Positions 26,601 to 36,805 are shown, counted from the whole stretch's first letter. The stretch: DNA of 63,369 nucleotides, filler included, from an uncultured Methanosarcinales archaeon (GCA_964485195.1; 3 parts of 3 records of this genome joined end to end with filler, not necessarily neighbours in it), one strand, 5' to 3'. A program made the numbers and translations. The notes: generated by a model from the letters alone, not told the origin.

Positions 26601-27743
26601 CAGAACGCTGTGGTTGCTTGACCATAATGAGATTCCTGCCCAGCTATTGCTGTGAGCAGAATTGTTAACCAGGGAAGTGCTCACGCTTGAATCTATTCCA
26701 AATCCTGCGCTTCCGCTTCCGTATGCCGTGTTGTCTTCCAGACTGCCTTCATAGGATGAAAGTATGTAAAATGCTTCGTTCGTAATGTTATATGCCACAT
26801 TGTTTGTTAATGATGCGTTGTTAACAGCTTCAACATAAAACCCATAAGATGAGTTATAAGCAGTGTTGTTCACAAGCGTATTGTTTTCTGAATTGCCTAT
26901 GAAAACCCCGTAACTGCTGTTGTATGCAGTGTTATTGATTAAATTGTTATTGTTTGACCTGTTGATAAAAATACTGATTTGATGACCGTAAAACACATTA
27001 TCCTGCAAAGTATTATCATAATCGGCTGGTGTAAAGGCGGCGTATCCTGTCCGGGTATTGTTGTAAATTGTGTTGTTTATGTAAAGGGAATTTGCAGAAT
27101 TCCACAAGAAAATGCCGTCGTAATTATTAAAAATCCTGTTGTTCATTAAAGTGTTATTAGCTGTTGGATCTCCAAAAAAATAGAATCCATTGGCTGTGTT
27201 ATTGAATACCACATTACCTGCATAAGAGCAATTCACCGGATTATCGTTGTGGATTCCGTCATTTGAATTAATGTATGCAGAATTATTGGCAAAGGTAGAG
27301 TTGAAACATTCGTCTGTTTTGAAACCGTGACCTGTGTTATTAAACGCTGTGTTGTCCGCAAGCAAGCTGTGGTTTAAGTTGGTAATATAGACTCCATCGT
27401 TGAATTCTCTCACATTGCAGTTCCTTACAGTGATGTTCTCTTTCCCAGACGCGATTATCCCGTCTTCTGAAGTTGGGGTGAGGCTTTCATTAAAGGTAAT
27501 CCAGTAACCCTGGCAGTCAAGAGTGACATTTGACGTGTTTATTATCAGCCCATCAGATGAGCAGTTGGTTATGTTTCCCGCAAGAATGCTGTCCTCATTC
27601 ACATAAGCCCCGCAGTCTGCAGGAGTATTGTCCCCATAAGATGCAAATCCTGTGAGGCTGGGGCCAAAATAAGCTAAAACCCCTATAAGCACAGCGAGAA
27701 CAACAAGGGATATTGTTATAGTGACATTCCTGTTAGCACTCAA
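23604..27743 (-). CDS. Large surface protein with NosD-like parallel beta-helix repeats
   Basis: Repeated NN.L.NNTA.N...G units; N- and C-terminal hydrophobic helices; TTG start. Confidence 0.8.
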   Translation of the reverse strand: MSANRNVTITISLVVLAVLIGVLAYFGPSLTGFASYGDNTPADCGAYVNEDSILAGNITNCSSDGLIINTSNVTLDCQGYWITFNESLTPTSEDGIIASGKENITVRNCNVREFNDGVYITNLNHSLLADNTAFNNTGHGFKTDECFNSTFANNSAYINSNDGIHNDNPVNCSYAGNVVFNNTANGFYFFGDPTANNTLMNNRIFNNYDGIFLWNSANSLYINNTIYNNTRTGYAAFTPADYDNTLQDNVFYGHQISIFINRSNNNNLINNTAYNSSYGVFIGNSENNTLVNNTAYNSSYGFYVEAVNNASLTNNVAYNITNEAFYILSSYEGSLEDNTAYGSGSAGFGIDSSVSTSLVNNSAHSNSWAGISLWSSNHSVLVNNSIFGNAGSGGIGVEVEDANSSLLTGNRFYNNKKDVSINYISRPFIYNLTNNYFLNPAGTLINYTVLGIDDNAGGAGDEYYINWSSPPAIPSVYASFENKFIKIETSGSPTIESAEWKWNDAELSGYYESFFELWVWNSSGSFDTGATLDTANNKLTISSLQPSSTYGILQFNAPLLIRDSSDTATILRADNITFYANFTNSTGHSINDSEANVTIDFESLGGTHDMGYNSATGVWEYTNNSMTTYNGTYLYTVTGNSTVQDTHSRQNDTYDVAFSCINLTKVSGTSYTIDASLIKKETLCTDDYADELVEVPPGSQDLVLDCNNSYLYGVTNKGGNAISVGSPSSGAAANTTVQNCRISDYFRGLIVWNATNTTLRNITIWNSNESYGGSLYSNIYINKYTDGLLIENVNLTGPDRGIYINSLSRNILIKDSTFYSTDIRWNNVHNLTFDNITDSGELGNRTLIRHFSELFGPSGYSENITITNSFFNNSFSLFLISAGYVRNLNISNNVFNNMYHGWGTIRISNEANDSFIYNNSFNNCFIATVITDGRNTRIFNNSANCFISAEGDNIIHDNVISGYTDLTSFGITLKAGGFYSVHDASGTLSIENNTVLNSGISILKLQNGSINLKNNDFINISTVLINSSKEGISVEDNYFANSTTGILISNSSFSNALNNMFENLDYAILVENATLGSSVRNINGNSFSNTGFGIFVKNSQGLSLSSANISNASYALQVYNSNLSNISGNILKGTAYDLLINGSNFTTLWNNAFISQGVNDSGTNTSYCVGNQGNFYEESLTPASGDCGQVSLTTGSFIDSISWNRQDASVPVNYEVYNNASGALVATKKSSASTVSIDNWPTATGNYKVNIIPWIEGSRINGTHFTGTFSFTISTKAKKTGGGGTSVNLPPTIGSFERNVTKNVTEEIVPAEPEEEVPAEEEPSPAPPVVEKPAPEVEPSLPRWVMPVTVAVIALLVVGIILYEYYKKPKIPKKKNNGK

Positions 27744-27848
27744 ATTTAAAACACCTCTGCAGAGTAGAAAGAGTCTTTTGGTTTATAAAACTTTCTGATT
27801 CTGCCAAAACCAAAAACTTATTAATTTTACTACCTTGCTGGAATTAAA

Positions 27849-28673
27849 ATGACTGGGGATTTGGGCAGACGGAAACTCTTGATGATGCTGGCAGGAAGCG
27901 CCGGTTTAATGATTCCAGGGATTGCAAACAGCGAGTTCTCAGCAAAGGACTGCACAAATGCAGGCGGAAAATGGCTGGAGGAAAGGAAAAAATGCCTTGT
28001 TGACATGTCAATGGAAGTTGAGCTTCCTGATGCAGAAATAAAGCCCCATCCTGAAGAGGACAGGATAGCTGTCTACAGCCCCCTTGAAGTTTACACAGAA
28101 GAAAGCCTGCCCAGGCTTGACAAAAAACCGGTAAAGCAGAGAAGGTCCAGAGTCAGGCCTTCAAGAAAGACTGATTATGATTCTGTGGATGAAATCCTTG
28201 CAGGCATTGTGGGGGGAGAAGGATGCTTTACAAGAATTGGGGGAAGGTTTGGTGACAGGAGGAAAACGCACACTCATCACGGAGTTGATATTTACGCCAG
28301 CAAAGGGTGTTCTGTCCGCACCCCCCTTTCCGGAAGGGTCAGGAAAATAGGCTATGACGGGAAGCCCCCTGAAGGAGGGCTGTACATAATACTTGAGCAC
28401 GAGATAGAAGGGATGCCCCCGCACATCTCCCCTGAGTTTCACACAGTTTACATGCATCTTAACGCATCCAGCCCGGGCGACAGGAGCAAGGTTTATGTTG
28501 AAATTGGTGATTTTGTAAGGCAGGGGCAGCAGATTGCTGAGGCAGGCAGGACAGGGATTTACAGGTCAAAAACCCATTTGCATTTTGAGGTCAGGGAGAA
28601 AAGAGGAAAGTATTTCGCTCCTGTTGACCCTGAGGAATTCTTCAAAAATTTAAAGAACCACAACCTGATTTAA
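27849..28673 (+). CDS. M23-family Zn metallopeptidase with a twin-Arg-like signal peptide
   Basis: HHGVD (HxxxD), YMHL, HLHFE (HxH) and PVDP motifs; N-terminal GRRKLL plus hydrophobic stretch. Confidence 0.9.
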   Translation: MTGDLGRRKLLMMLAGSAGLMIPGIANSEFSAKDCTNAGGKWLEERKKCLVDMSMEVELPDAEIKPHPEEDRIAVYSPLEVYTEESLPRLDKKPVKQRRSRVRPSRKTDYDSVDEILAGIVGGEGCFTRIGGRFGDRRKTHTHHGVDIYASKGCSVRTPLSGRVRKIGYDGKPPEGGLYIILEHEIEGMPPHISPEFHTVYMHLNASSPGDRSKVYVEIGDFVRQGQQIAEAGRTGIYRSKTHLHFEVREKRGKYFAPVDPEEFFKNLKNHNLI

Positions 28674-28674
28674 T

Positions 28675-29397
28675 TTACCATCCCAAATCAGGCATTTCAT
28701 ATCTGAAGAACCTGTTGATGTTTTTCTTTACAATTGTTTCATTAAGCACTGTCACTTCCTTTTCCCTTGTGACATTCTTGTGTTTTGTTATGTTCCTTGT
28801 CTTTGTCACAACCCTGTAAAATGTTGACTCAGGAAAATAGCACCTTTCTATGGAGGGAAGCGAAACTGCGGAAAAACCGCAGGCGAAAGGCCCCTGGGCA
28901 GTTGTCCCGAAATTGAAGGAAAACGTCACTGTTTCGTTCGGCCCCACAGTCTTTTTGTCATACCTGTTTCCCGTCACGCTGGGAAGGTATGCCTTGTATT
29001 CCCACGTCCCTTCCTTCAAGTCCGTGTTTGTGAGGTTGAACCTGCAAATAACCTCTCCGTTCTCAAATGAGGCACTGGGTTTCGTGGTCGTGAAGTTCAT
29101 CCTGGTTTTGCTGCAGTAAGGGATTCCGTAAGGCTCCCTGGTCTGGTATTCCTCCCGTATTGTGTATGGAACCTCTTCCTGATACTGTTTTGTGATTGTG
29201 TAGTTCTTAAGCTCTACAGACTCAACTTCCTTGGTTGACGTGAAAACGTAGAATAACGCCAAAAGAATTATTATTAAGACCAGGTAGCCTGCTATTCTTG
29301 GGGCTTTAACGCTCTCCCTTTTTTCCTTGATTTCAATTTCAATGCCGCTGTCAGAAACAACCCGCTTTTCCTTTGATTTTTTCTTCTTTCTGGCCAT
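28675..29397 (-). CDS. Membrane-anchored hypothetical protein
   Basis: Lys-rich N-terminus, TM and an extracellular Thr/Cys-containing domain. Confidence 0.65.
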   Translation of the reverse strand: MARKKKKSKEKRVVSDSGIEIEIKEKRESVKAPRIAGYLVLIIILLALFYVFTSTKEVESVELKNYTITKQYQEEVPYTIREEYQTREPYGIPYCSKTRMNFTTTKPSASFENGEVICRFNLTNTDLKEGTWEYKAYLPSVTGNRYDKKTVGPNETVTFSFNFGTTAQGPFACGFSAVSLPSIERCYFPESTFYRVVTKTRNITKHKNVTREKEVTVLNETIVKKNINRFFRYEMPDLGW

Positions 29398-29496
29398 AAA
29401 AATGGGATGGCTCACCCTTTTATATTTCTTTCTGGAATTTTTTTAGTACTTCACAATAACGAAAAGTTTTTAAATCAGTCTATTTTAAAAAGAAGC

Positions 29497-30375
29497 ATGA
29501 GGGGGTTAATAATAATTTTAGCGCTGATGCTGTCGATTCCTTTAGCCCTGGCTGAGGAAGGCGAGTTAAGAAGGTTGAATGGCACCTGCGATGAGACAGG
29601 AAACGCCAATATTTCCATGCTTCACTACGGCGGGGCAATCAAAACAACTGACATCAACATCACTGCGGAACACGTCAGGACAGGTTCTGTAACAGGAGTT
29701 GAAGGGGTGTGGTCACAGCAAAGAGGGGATGATGTTCTTTACATAACAGGAGAGATTGAAAGGGCATACTTCAGAACAACCAACAGCCCCTTAAAGAAAA
29801 AAGGGCCTTATGACATACACTTCGTGTTTTTCCAGAGGAAATCTGACTTGCTGCCCACTGACGTGAAAGTAGGGATTACCTGCCCGGGGCTTCCCTGCGA
29901 TTCAGACGTTGACTGTGATTATGACGCGCAGTGCAGGGAGGGTGTCTGCGTGGGGCTTAACTGCGATGAAGATGAAGTCATAGAATTCCATGAATGCTAT
30001 TCAAAATGCAATGATTTCAACCCCTGCACAATTGATTTTTATGACAATGGAACGTGCAGGTATGAAAGAAAAGAGGGGGAGTGCTGCAGGACAGACGCGG
30101 ACTGTGAAACTGGAAGGGCCTGCTTCACAGACAAGTGCGTCAACAACAAATGCGTGGAAGAGGAAGTGATATGCAAAGCTGCAGAAGACAAATGCGTTTA
30201 CGCATTCTGCGAGGAAACAAAAGGATGCGTTTACAAAACAGACGAGTCCTGCCTTGCCGGCGAGAATGAGAAAAGGGAATATCTCATAAAGATAGGCGAG
30301 CCCACAGTCCAGAAAAAGCACTTCTGGACAAGGGTTATGGAAGCTGTAAGGAGTTTCTTCAACAGCTTGTTTTGA
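29497..30375 (+). CDS. Secreted Cys-rich repeat protein
   Basis: Signal peptide MRGLIIILALMLSIPLALA; repeats such as CNDFNPCTIDFY and CCRTDADC...CFTDKC. Confidence 0.75.
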   Translation: MRGLIIILALMLSIPLALAEEGELRRLNGTCDETGNANISMLHYGGAIKTTDINITAEHVRTGSVTGVEGVWSQQRGDDVLYITGEIERAYFRTTNSPLKKKGPYDIHFVFFQRKSDLLPTDVKVGITCPGLPCDSDVDCDYDAQCREGVCVGLNCDEDEVIEFHECYSKCNDFNPCTIDFYDNGTCRYERKEGECCRTDADCETGRACFTDKCVNNKCVEEEVICKAAEDKCVYAFCEETKGCVYKTDESCLAGENEKREYLIKIGEPTVQKKHFWTRVMEAVRSFFNSLF

Positions 30376-30420
30376 TGATTATGATTGTAAAAATTTATTT
30401 AATTAAGAACAAACAGATAC

Positions 30421-30588
30421 TTCCTGCATTAGCCTTTATTCTTTTATTGCTTCACCTGCAGCATTGCCATGCAGGGATAAAAAGGATTTGTGGAAGGCAA
30501 CATCAACTGCCACCCATAATTTCATTCTTAAGCAGCTCCGGCAGGGGGGCAGGATAAGAAAATTCAGGCAGCAAATTTAAGAGCTGCC
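30421..30588. repeat. Dispersed double-hairpin element family 2, copy B
   Basis: Stems TTCCTGCAT/ATGCAGGGA and GCAGCTC/GAGCTGC, with the same arm spacing as copy A. Confidence 0.8.
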
Positions 30589-30678
30589 ATTAACAAATTA
30601 TTTTATTTTTATTCAAATCCGGGTTTATGCAGAATTTTTTAGGCAAAAGTTATAAACTCCGATTGATGATTAATATGT

Positions 30679-31122
30679 ATGCACAGGGAAACCCCCATAT
30701 CAGAGATAACATTAAGAAGGTATGAAAAGCCCTACGAAGCCGGCAAGAGGGAATTGCTGAAAAAGGCCTGCCTTTCCCTCGGGCTATTGCAGCCGGGCGA
30801 TTCCCGCGATGTTATTGTGGACATCCTCTACATACTTCTTGAGGCAAAGAAGGAATTGGGCTTGGAAGATGTTATGAAAGGTGTTGTTGAGCTGAGGAAA
30901 AACGAGAACCTTCCTGCAACAGGCATAGCAGCCTCCAACATAAGAAGGCAGATGCGAAGACTGCGCGCCTTGCAGCTGGCTGAGAAAACCAAAAACAAGT
31001 ACAGGGTTACAGAAGGAATGAAACTGCCTGAGATTTTCGAGGAAAGGATTGAGGGGATTATTCTGAAAACAATATCATCAAGAGTCAAGGAATACCTGGA
31101 AAAGGTTGATGAGAAGTTTTAG
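30679..31122 (+). CDS. Winged-helix DNA-binding protein (putative regulator)
   Basis: CLSLGLLQPGDSRD; SNIRRQMRRLR recognition-helix-like segment followed by a wing. Confidence 0.6.
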   Translation: MHRETPISEITLRRYEKPYEAGKRELLKKACLSLGLLQPGDSRDVIVDILYILLEAKKELGLEDVMKGVVELRKNENLPATGIAASNIRRQMRRLRALQLAEKTKNKYRVTEGMKLPEIFEERIEGIILKTISSRVKEYLEKVDEKF

Positions 31123-31454
31123 TATATCCTGCAGCATCTGATTGATATGAGCCCGGGACTGTTATCAGTGTCACCTCGACAGTCCTGTGCGCCCATACCC
31201 TCATCATTATCCTTCCCGTCCCCTGCAGAGGAACAGCCAGTCATTATCCACCCTCCCTTGCACTCTAGTCTTAACGTGTCCGTTTTGTCAACTGCCGAAC
31301 CTGCGGAGTATGCAACCCCATTGCTTGACCCGCCAAATGTAGGAGAGCCTCCTTCTGTCAACTTAAAGGTGGCGCAAACCAGTTGAGGCCAGTCGTTTTT
31401 GCAGTCGCTTCCAAAGCAGATATCGCCTCCCTCAACGCGCAAGTCACCCCCTCC
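31119..31454 (-). CDS. C-terminal fragment of a Cys-containing extracellular/adhesin-like protein, truncated at the gap
   Basis: GDICFGSDCKNDWP and C.GGWIMTGCS...IRCCRI; the frame runs into the Ns. Confidence 0.55.
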   Translation of the reverse strand, partial: GGGDLRVEGGDICFGSDCKNDWPQLVCATFKLTEGGSPTFGGSSNGVAYSAGSAVDKTDTLRLECKGGWIMTGCSSAGDGKDNDEGMGAQDCRGDTDNSPGLISIRCCRIY

Positions 31455-31554
31455 NNNNNNNNNNNNNNNNNNNNNNNNNNNNNNNNNNNNNNNNNNNNTT
31501 AATTAATTAANNNNNNNNNNNNNNNNNNNNNNNNNNNNNNNNNNNNNNNNNNNN
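31455..31554. other. Artificial contig-join linker
   Basis: N run + TTAATTAATTAA (stops in all frames) + N run. Confidence 0.97.
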
Positions 31555-34500
31555 GTGTAGAAGGACTGATATCGGCGGCCGCGCCCCAGCTTGTGAGAAA
31601 AGGGGTAATTGAGAGAATAGTTGAACTGGAGGAAAAATATGGCAGGCTGTCCTGGCAGGTGGCTCTGCAGATAGCATTGGAAGTTGCACAGGAAAGATTC
31701 TGCAAATTCAAGGACAGGAAAGAAGCCATGGAGGTCGGAATAAGGACAGGCTTCGCTTACCATACAGTGGGAATAGTCTCAGCCCCCCTTGAAGGCCTGG
31801 TTGAGATCAGGCTCAAGAAAAGAAAGGACGGCAAAGAATACCTTGCCGTTGTCTATGCCAGTCCCATAAGAGGGGCAGGAGGGACGGCCTGCGCAGTTTC
31901 CCTGTTAATTGCAGACTATGTAAGGAAGCATTTTGACGCTGAAGAATATGACCCTGAAGAAAGGGAAGTCAAAAGGTTTTCCACAGAACTTTCTGATTAT
32001 CACGAAAGGGTTACTAACCTGCAGTACAATCCCAGTGACGCTGAGAAGAAGTTTTTGGCCGAGAACTGCCCTGTTGAAATTTCCGGGGAGCCCACAGAGA
32101 AAAAAGAGGTTTCCAATTTTAAAAAACTTGAGAGGGTTGAAACAGACCAGATTAGAGGCGGCGTATGCCTGGTCCTTTCAATGCTTGCGCTGAAGGCCCC
32201 CAAATTATGGAATGAGATTTCCAAGTGGGGAAAGGAGTTCAATATGGAGCACTGGAATTTTCTGGAGGAATTCATTAAAGTACAAAAGGAAAACAAGGCG
32301 AAGAGGGAGGAGACGGAGAAAGAGGAGACAAAAGAAAAGATAACTCCCGATTACACTTTTATTGCCGACCTGGTAGCTGGAAGGCCAGTACTGGCGCACC
32401 CCCTGGAAACAGGCGGCTTCAGGCTGAGATACGGAAGGTGCAGGACTTCAGGATATTCCTGCGCCAGCATACATCCGGCCACCATGGCCCTGCTTAACAG
32501 GTATATTGCCATAGGAACGCAGCTAAAAGTTGAAAGGCCTTCAAAAGGAGCAGCATTAACCTCCTGCGATTCCACAGAAGGTCCCATAATAAAGCTGAAC
32601 ACAGGCAGGGTTGTCAGAGTAGAGGATGAAAAAACAGCAAACGAATACAAAGACAGCGTGGAGGAAATACTGTTTCTGGGAGACATATTGTTCAGCTACG
32701 GAGATTTTGCAGACAGGAACCACGTGCTCGTCCCCCCAGGATACTGCGAGGAGTGGTGGGTTCAGGAATTTGAAAAGGAAATAGTAAACCTTTTCGGCTC
32801 GATTGATTATGAAAAAACAGCGGAACTTATAGGGGCAGATGCCAGGTCTGTTGAAAAAATAATCAATAACCCCCTTTCCAAAATCTCATTTTCCCTTGCA
32901 AGAAGGATATCCAGGTTCACAAAGACCCCGCTGCACCCCCGTTATACTTACCACTGGAAGTCCCTTTCTTATGATGGCCTGCTGAAATTGCTGGAATGGC
33001 TTGACAGCGCAAAAATCGAGAAATCAGACACCATAGAAAAAGTGATACTTCCTGTGAGGGAGGAGAAAAGGCTTTTGGAAATTATAGGCCTGCCTCACGA
33101 ACTTGCTACAGAGCACGTGATCATAGAGAAAGATGATGCCTCAGCCCTGCTTTTTTCATTGGGAATCAACAAAGGAACAGAGATTAATAATATTAAGGAA
33201 AGTTTGGCAGGCTTCAGAGACAAGCCCATACTGGAAATTTTAAGCGGGCTGTCCAAAACCACCATCAGGGACAAGTCAGGAATATTCATAGGCGCCCGAA
33301 TGGGAAGGCCGGAAAAGGCCAAGATGAGAAAAATGACTGGCTCGCCGCACGTGCTTTTCCCCTGCGGAGACGAGGGGGGGCGGCTGAGGTCTTTCCAGTC
33401 CGCCCTTGAAAAGGGATTTGTGGAAGCTGAATTTCCAGATTACCTCTGCAAGAACTGCAATAAAACAACAGCGCTTCCTGTCTGCGAGGAGTGCGACAAA
33501 AAAACAACCAAAATTTACAAATGTAATGTCTGCGGTATTAAGGAAGAGCCATGCCAGCATTCTCCCAAACCATATTCCAGACAGAAGATTGACATTAAGA
33601 AATATTTTGATTCGGCGATTAAGAAGATAGGGGATGCTCAATACCCTGACTTGATAAAGGGGATAAGGGGCACCAGCAATAAAGACCACATACCTGAGCA
33701 TTTAATCAAGGGGATATTGAGAGCCAAGCACGAGATTTATGTAAACAAGGATGGCACTACAAGGTATGACATGACAGAGCTTCCCATAACCCATTTCAAG
33801 CCCAACGAGATAGGCACCAGCATAGAAAAACTAAAGGAATTGGGATACAAGGAGGACATATACGGGAATGAGCTGAAAGACGAGAACCAGCTTTTGGAGA
33901 TAAAGCCGCAGGATGTCATACTTCCGGCAAGCAAGGAGTCCCCTGACGAAAATGCAGACGAGGTTATGATAAGAACCTCCAAGTTCCTGGACGAACTTTT
34001 AGTCAAGCTGTACGGGCTAAAGCCTTTTTACAATGTGGAAAACAGGGAGGGCCTTCTCGGCCATCTCATAGTAGGGCTGGCCCCGCACATATCTGCGGGA
34101 ATAATAGGGAGAATCATAGGCTTTTCCCAAACACTCGGCTGTTTTGCCCACCCTCTCTGGCACGCAGCCCACAGGAGGGACTGCGATGGGGATGAGAATT
34201 GTGTTATGCTTTTGTTTGATGCCCTCCTTAATTTTTCCAGAAAATATCTTCCTGACCGTAGGGGAAGCAGGACTATGGACTCTCCTTTGGTACTTACTGC
34301 TATTTTAAACCCCTCAGAAGTTGATGACATGGTTCACAAGCTGGACATTCCCTTCAAGTACCCTCTTGAGTTTTATGAGGCAGCCACGGCCTACAAGTAT
34401 CCCAAAGAAGTCAAGATTAACCAGCTGATACAGCACCTGGGCACAGAAAAGCAATATGAGGGGATGGGCTTCACTCACAACACCGCCAGCATGTCAGCGG

Positions 34501-34934
34501 GTGTTCAATGCTCTGCTTACAAGATACTGCCGACAATGGAGGAAAAGCTGAAAGGCCAGATGGACCTTGCTGAGAAAATAAGGGCAGTGGACAAGGAGGA
34601 CGTGGCAAGGCTTGTGATTGTAAAACACCTGCTGCGGGACATTAAGGGGAATTTAAGGAAGTTCTCCACGCAAAAATTCAGGTGCAGCACCTGCAATGAG
34701 AGCTACAGAAGACCTCCCCTGGCCGGAAAGTGCCTTAAGTGCGGCGGCAATATAATCTTTACCATTTCCGAAGGTTCCATAGTAAAGTATTTGCAGCCCA
34801 GCCTGAGCATAGCAAAAAAATATGCAATATCAAACTATCTTAAGCAAGTGCTTGACATAACAAAGGAGATGATTGAAAGCACGTTTGGCAAGGAAAAAGA
34901 AAAACAGGCCGGCCTGGGAGCCTGGTTTGGCTAA
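31555..34934 (+). CDS. polC: DNA polymerase D large subunit DP2, 5'-truncated at the gap
   Basis: VSAPLEG, GGFRLRYGR, RMGRPEK, catalytic DCDGDE and Zn fingers; frame open from the contig start (VEGLIS...); no intein evident. Confidence 0.96.
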
Positions 34935-35206
34935 AGCTTGACTATAAAATTATTGTATTCTGCATCAAGCTCGATTTCATCAACAGAAACATCCTTGACA
35001 GATGCAAGCAGGGGACCTCTCCTGCATTTTTCAATAAGCTGCTTCACCTTGTCCTCATCACCCCTCGCAACTACAACCACATTTCCGCTGTTCAGATTTT
35101 TAACGTACCCTGCCAGCCCCCTTATTTTTGAGGCCTCGCGCCTTATGAATTCCCGGAAACCAACCCCCTGCACGTTTCCTGTTATGGTTATTTTCTTATA
35201 ATTCAT
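34931..35206 (-). CDS. acyP: Acylphosphatase
   Basis: GNVQGVGFR and GYVKNL..G.V motifs. Confidence 0.93.
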   Translation of the reverse strand: MNYKKITITGNVQGVGFREFIRREASKIRGLAGYVKNLNSGNVVVVARGDEDKVKQLIEKCRRGPLLASVKDVSVDEIELDAEYNNFIVKL

Positions 35207-35498
35207 TTTCTATCACCAGGCATTGGGCAAAAGGGATGTTTTTTATGTTAATGATATTCTTGTCCTTGACAAAGCCCATTTCCTTTATCAAGTTCACAGA
35301 TTCTTTCCCCACGGCATTGATAATGTAGGCCTTTAAGCAACGCTCTTTCGTGTCTTTTTCTGAAATTTTGTCTCCCTTGTAAAAATCAGAAGTCAGGTCA
35401 AGGACTAATCCTCCCTCTGAAAATTTTTCCCCTATTATGTTCTCGTCGCATATGGAAAGGACAATTCCTGATTTTGATTTATGCTCTTTGGCTATCAT
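35196..35498 (-). CDS. DUF424 family protein
   Basis: ICDE..IG, FYKG and INAVG motifs; usual neighbour of aIF2-beta. Confidence 0.8.
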   Translation of the reverse strand: MIAKEHKSKSGIVLSICDENIIGEKFSEGGLVLDLTSDFYKGDKISEKDTKERCLKAYIINAVGKESVNLIKEMGFVKDKNIINIKNIPFAQCLVIENEL

Positions 35499-35499
35499 A

Positions 35500-35907
35500 T
35501 TATTTTACAGGATTTTTTGCTCCGCAGGCCTGGCATCTCAAAAACAACGCGCCCTGCTCATTAACCAGCGCAGTGTCCGGCCTTCCGCAGGTGTTGCAGA
35601 TTACAAAAGTATCTGTATATTTCTTTATCTTTTCATTTATTGTGGAAGAATGTACTTTAGTTCCGAGGATAAGAAGGTTTCCTTTCAGCTCTCCCTGAGT
35701 TGCCAGTTCTTTTAAAAGAAATTTCAGAAAATGCTCGGGCTCCCTTTGCAACACATTCGCTACCTGGAAAAAATTGGAAATTACCGTCTTGTTGCCCTGA
35801 AGATGCCCTCTCACTTTTGGAACTTCAAATCGGGAGGCAGAGCCCTTGCTAAGTTCAGGAAGATTCTTCTTTGCTTTTTTAAGCAGTTCTGCGTATTCTG
35901 AAACCAT
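35500..35907 (-). CDS. eif2b: Translation initiation factor 2 beta subunit
   Basis: RFEVP, GNKTVISNF, KELAT.G and the C..C.RPDT...C.ACGA Zn ribbon. Confidence 0.95.
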   Translation of the reverse strand: MVSEYAELLKKAKKNLPELSKGSASRFEVPKVRGHLQGNKTVISNFFQVANVLQREPEHFLKFLLKELATQGELKGNLLILGTKVHSSTINEKIKKYTDTFVICNTCGRPDTALVNEQGALFLRCQACGAKNPVK

Positions 35908-35965
35908 ATTTTAATTCTGAAAAGAGGAAGATATTTAAATGTTATCTAAAGATTTATTTTAATAG

Positions 35966-36805
35966 ATGGTACTGGAAGCCCTTATAACGCCCCTAAAGGC
36001 CGAAAAAAAGCCCTGGGAAACTTTTATGATTGGGTTTGTTTATTCTGCAGTTGCCATAGCTATAAGCTTGTGGATATTTGGGGAGCAAGCTTCCTTGATA
36101 GCCACGTTTTTGATTTCCATAGCCGCCCTTCCCTTGGTTTATTCCACATTCAAGAGGGAGGAGGCCAAGGACATTTCATTGGACAGTGAAAGGAGCATTT
36201 TGAAGGAGCATTCCAGGGCCATAACCTTCTTGGTATTCTTATTTATGGGAATAGTGCTGGCTTATGTCCTCGCCTATTTAATTTTACCGGTCCAGCATAT
36301 CACTAACCTTTTCTCTCTTCAGCAGACCACAATCACTTCCATAAATGCTCAAACAGTCACAGAGCTTTCCCTGTTCTCAAAAATATTTTTGAATAATATG
36401 AAGGTGCTGATATTCTGTATAGTGTTCTCATTATTTTACGGCGCCGGTGCCATCTTCATCCTGGTCTGGAATGGAAGCGTCATAGCCACAGCAATGGGGA
36501 ATTTCATAAGGGAACAGCTAAGCACTTATGCGGGAGCCGTTGGATTCACCCACGCGGCAGCATATCTTCATACCTTCTCCCTCAGCCTGGCCCGTTACAG
36601 CATACACGGAATCCCGGAGATTACAGCATATTTTGTGGCCAGCCTTGCCGGAGGAATAATTTCTGTGGCAGTTATAAGGCACGATTTCAGAACCAAAAAG
36701 TTTGAAAAGATAATGTTCGATGCATCCAACCTTCTTCTTATAGCGATAGCCACCCTTTTGGGGGCAGCCTTGTTGGAGGCTTATGTAATCCTTGCTTTGT
36801 TCTAG
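35966..36805 (+). CDS. SpoIIM/DUF95-like integral membrane protein
   Basis: IFLNN.KV, WNGSV, HGIPEI and AALLE motifs; multiple TM helices. Confidence 0.75.
   Translation: MVLEALITPLKAEKKPWETFMIGFVYSAVAIAISLWIFGEQASLIATFLISIAALPLVYSTFKREEAKDISLDSERSILKEHSRAITFLVFLFMGIVLAYVLAYLILPVQHITNLFSLQQTTITSINAQTVTELSLFSKIFLNNMKVLIFCIVFSLFYGAGAIFILVWNGSVIATAMGNFIREQLSTYAGAVGFTHAAAYLHTFSLSLARYSIHGIPEITAYFVASLAGGIISVAVIRHDFRTKKFEKIMFDASNLLLIAIATLLGAALLEAYVILALF

Noticed and set aside
30445..30500. HDV-like ribozyme (TGC-TTCACCT-GCA resembles P3/L3)
   Set aside because: No matching P1 or adjacent P2 could be built in either copy.
31455..31554. TTAATTAATTAA palindrome in an N run (also 54052-54151)
   Set aside because: Artificial scaffold linker; ORFs running through it and synteny across it are artefacts.
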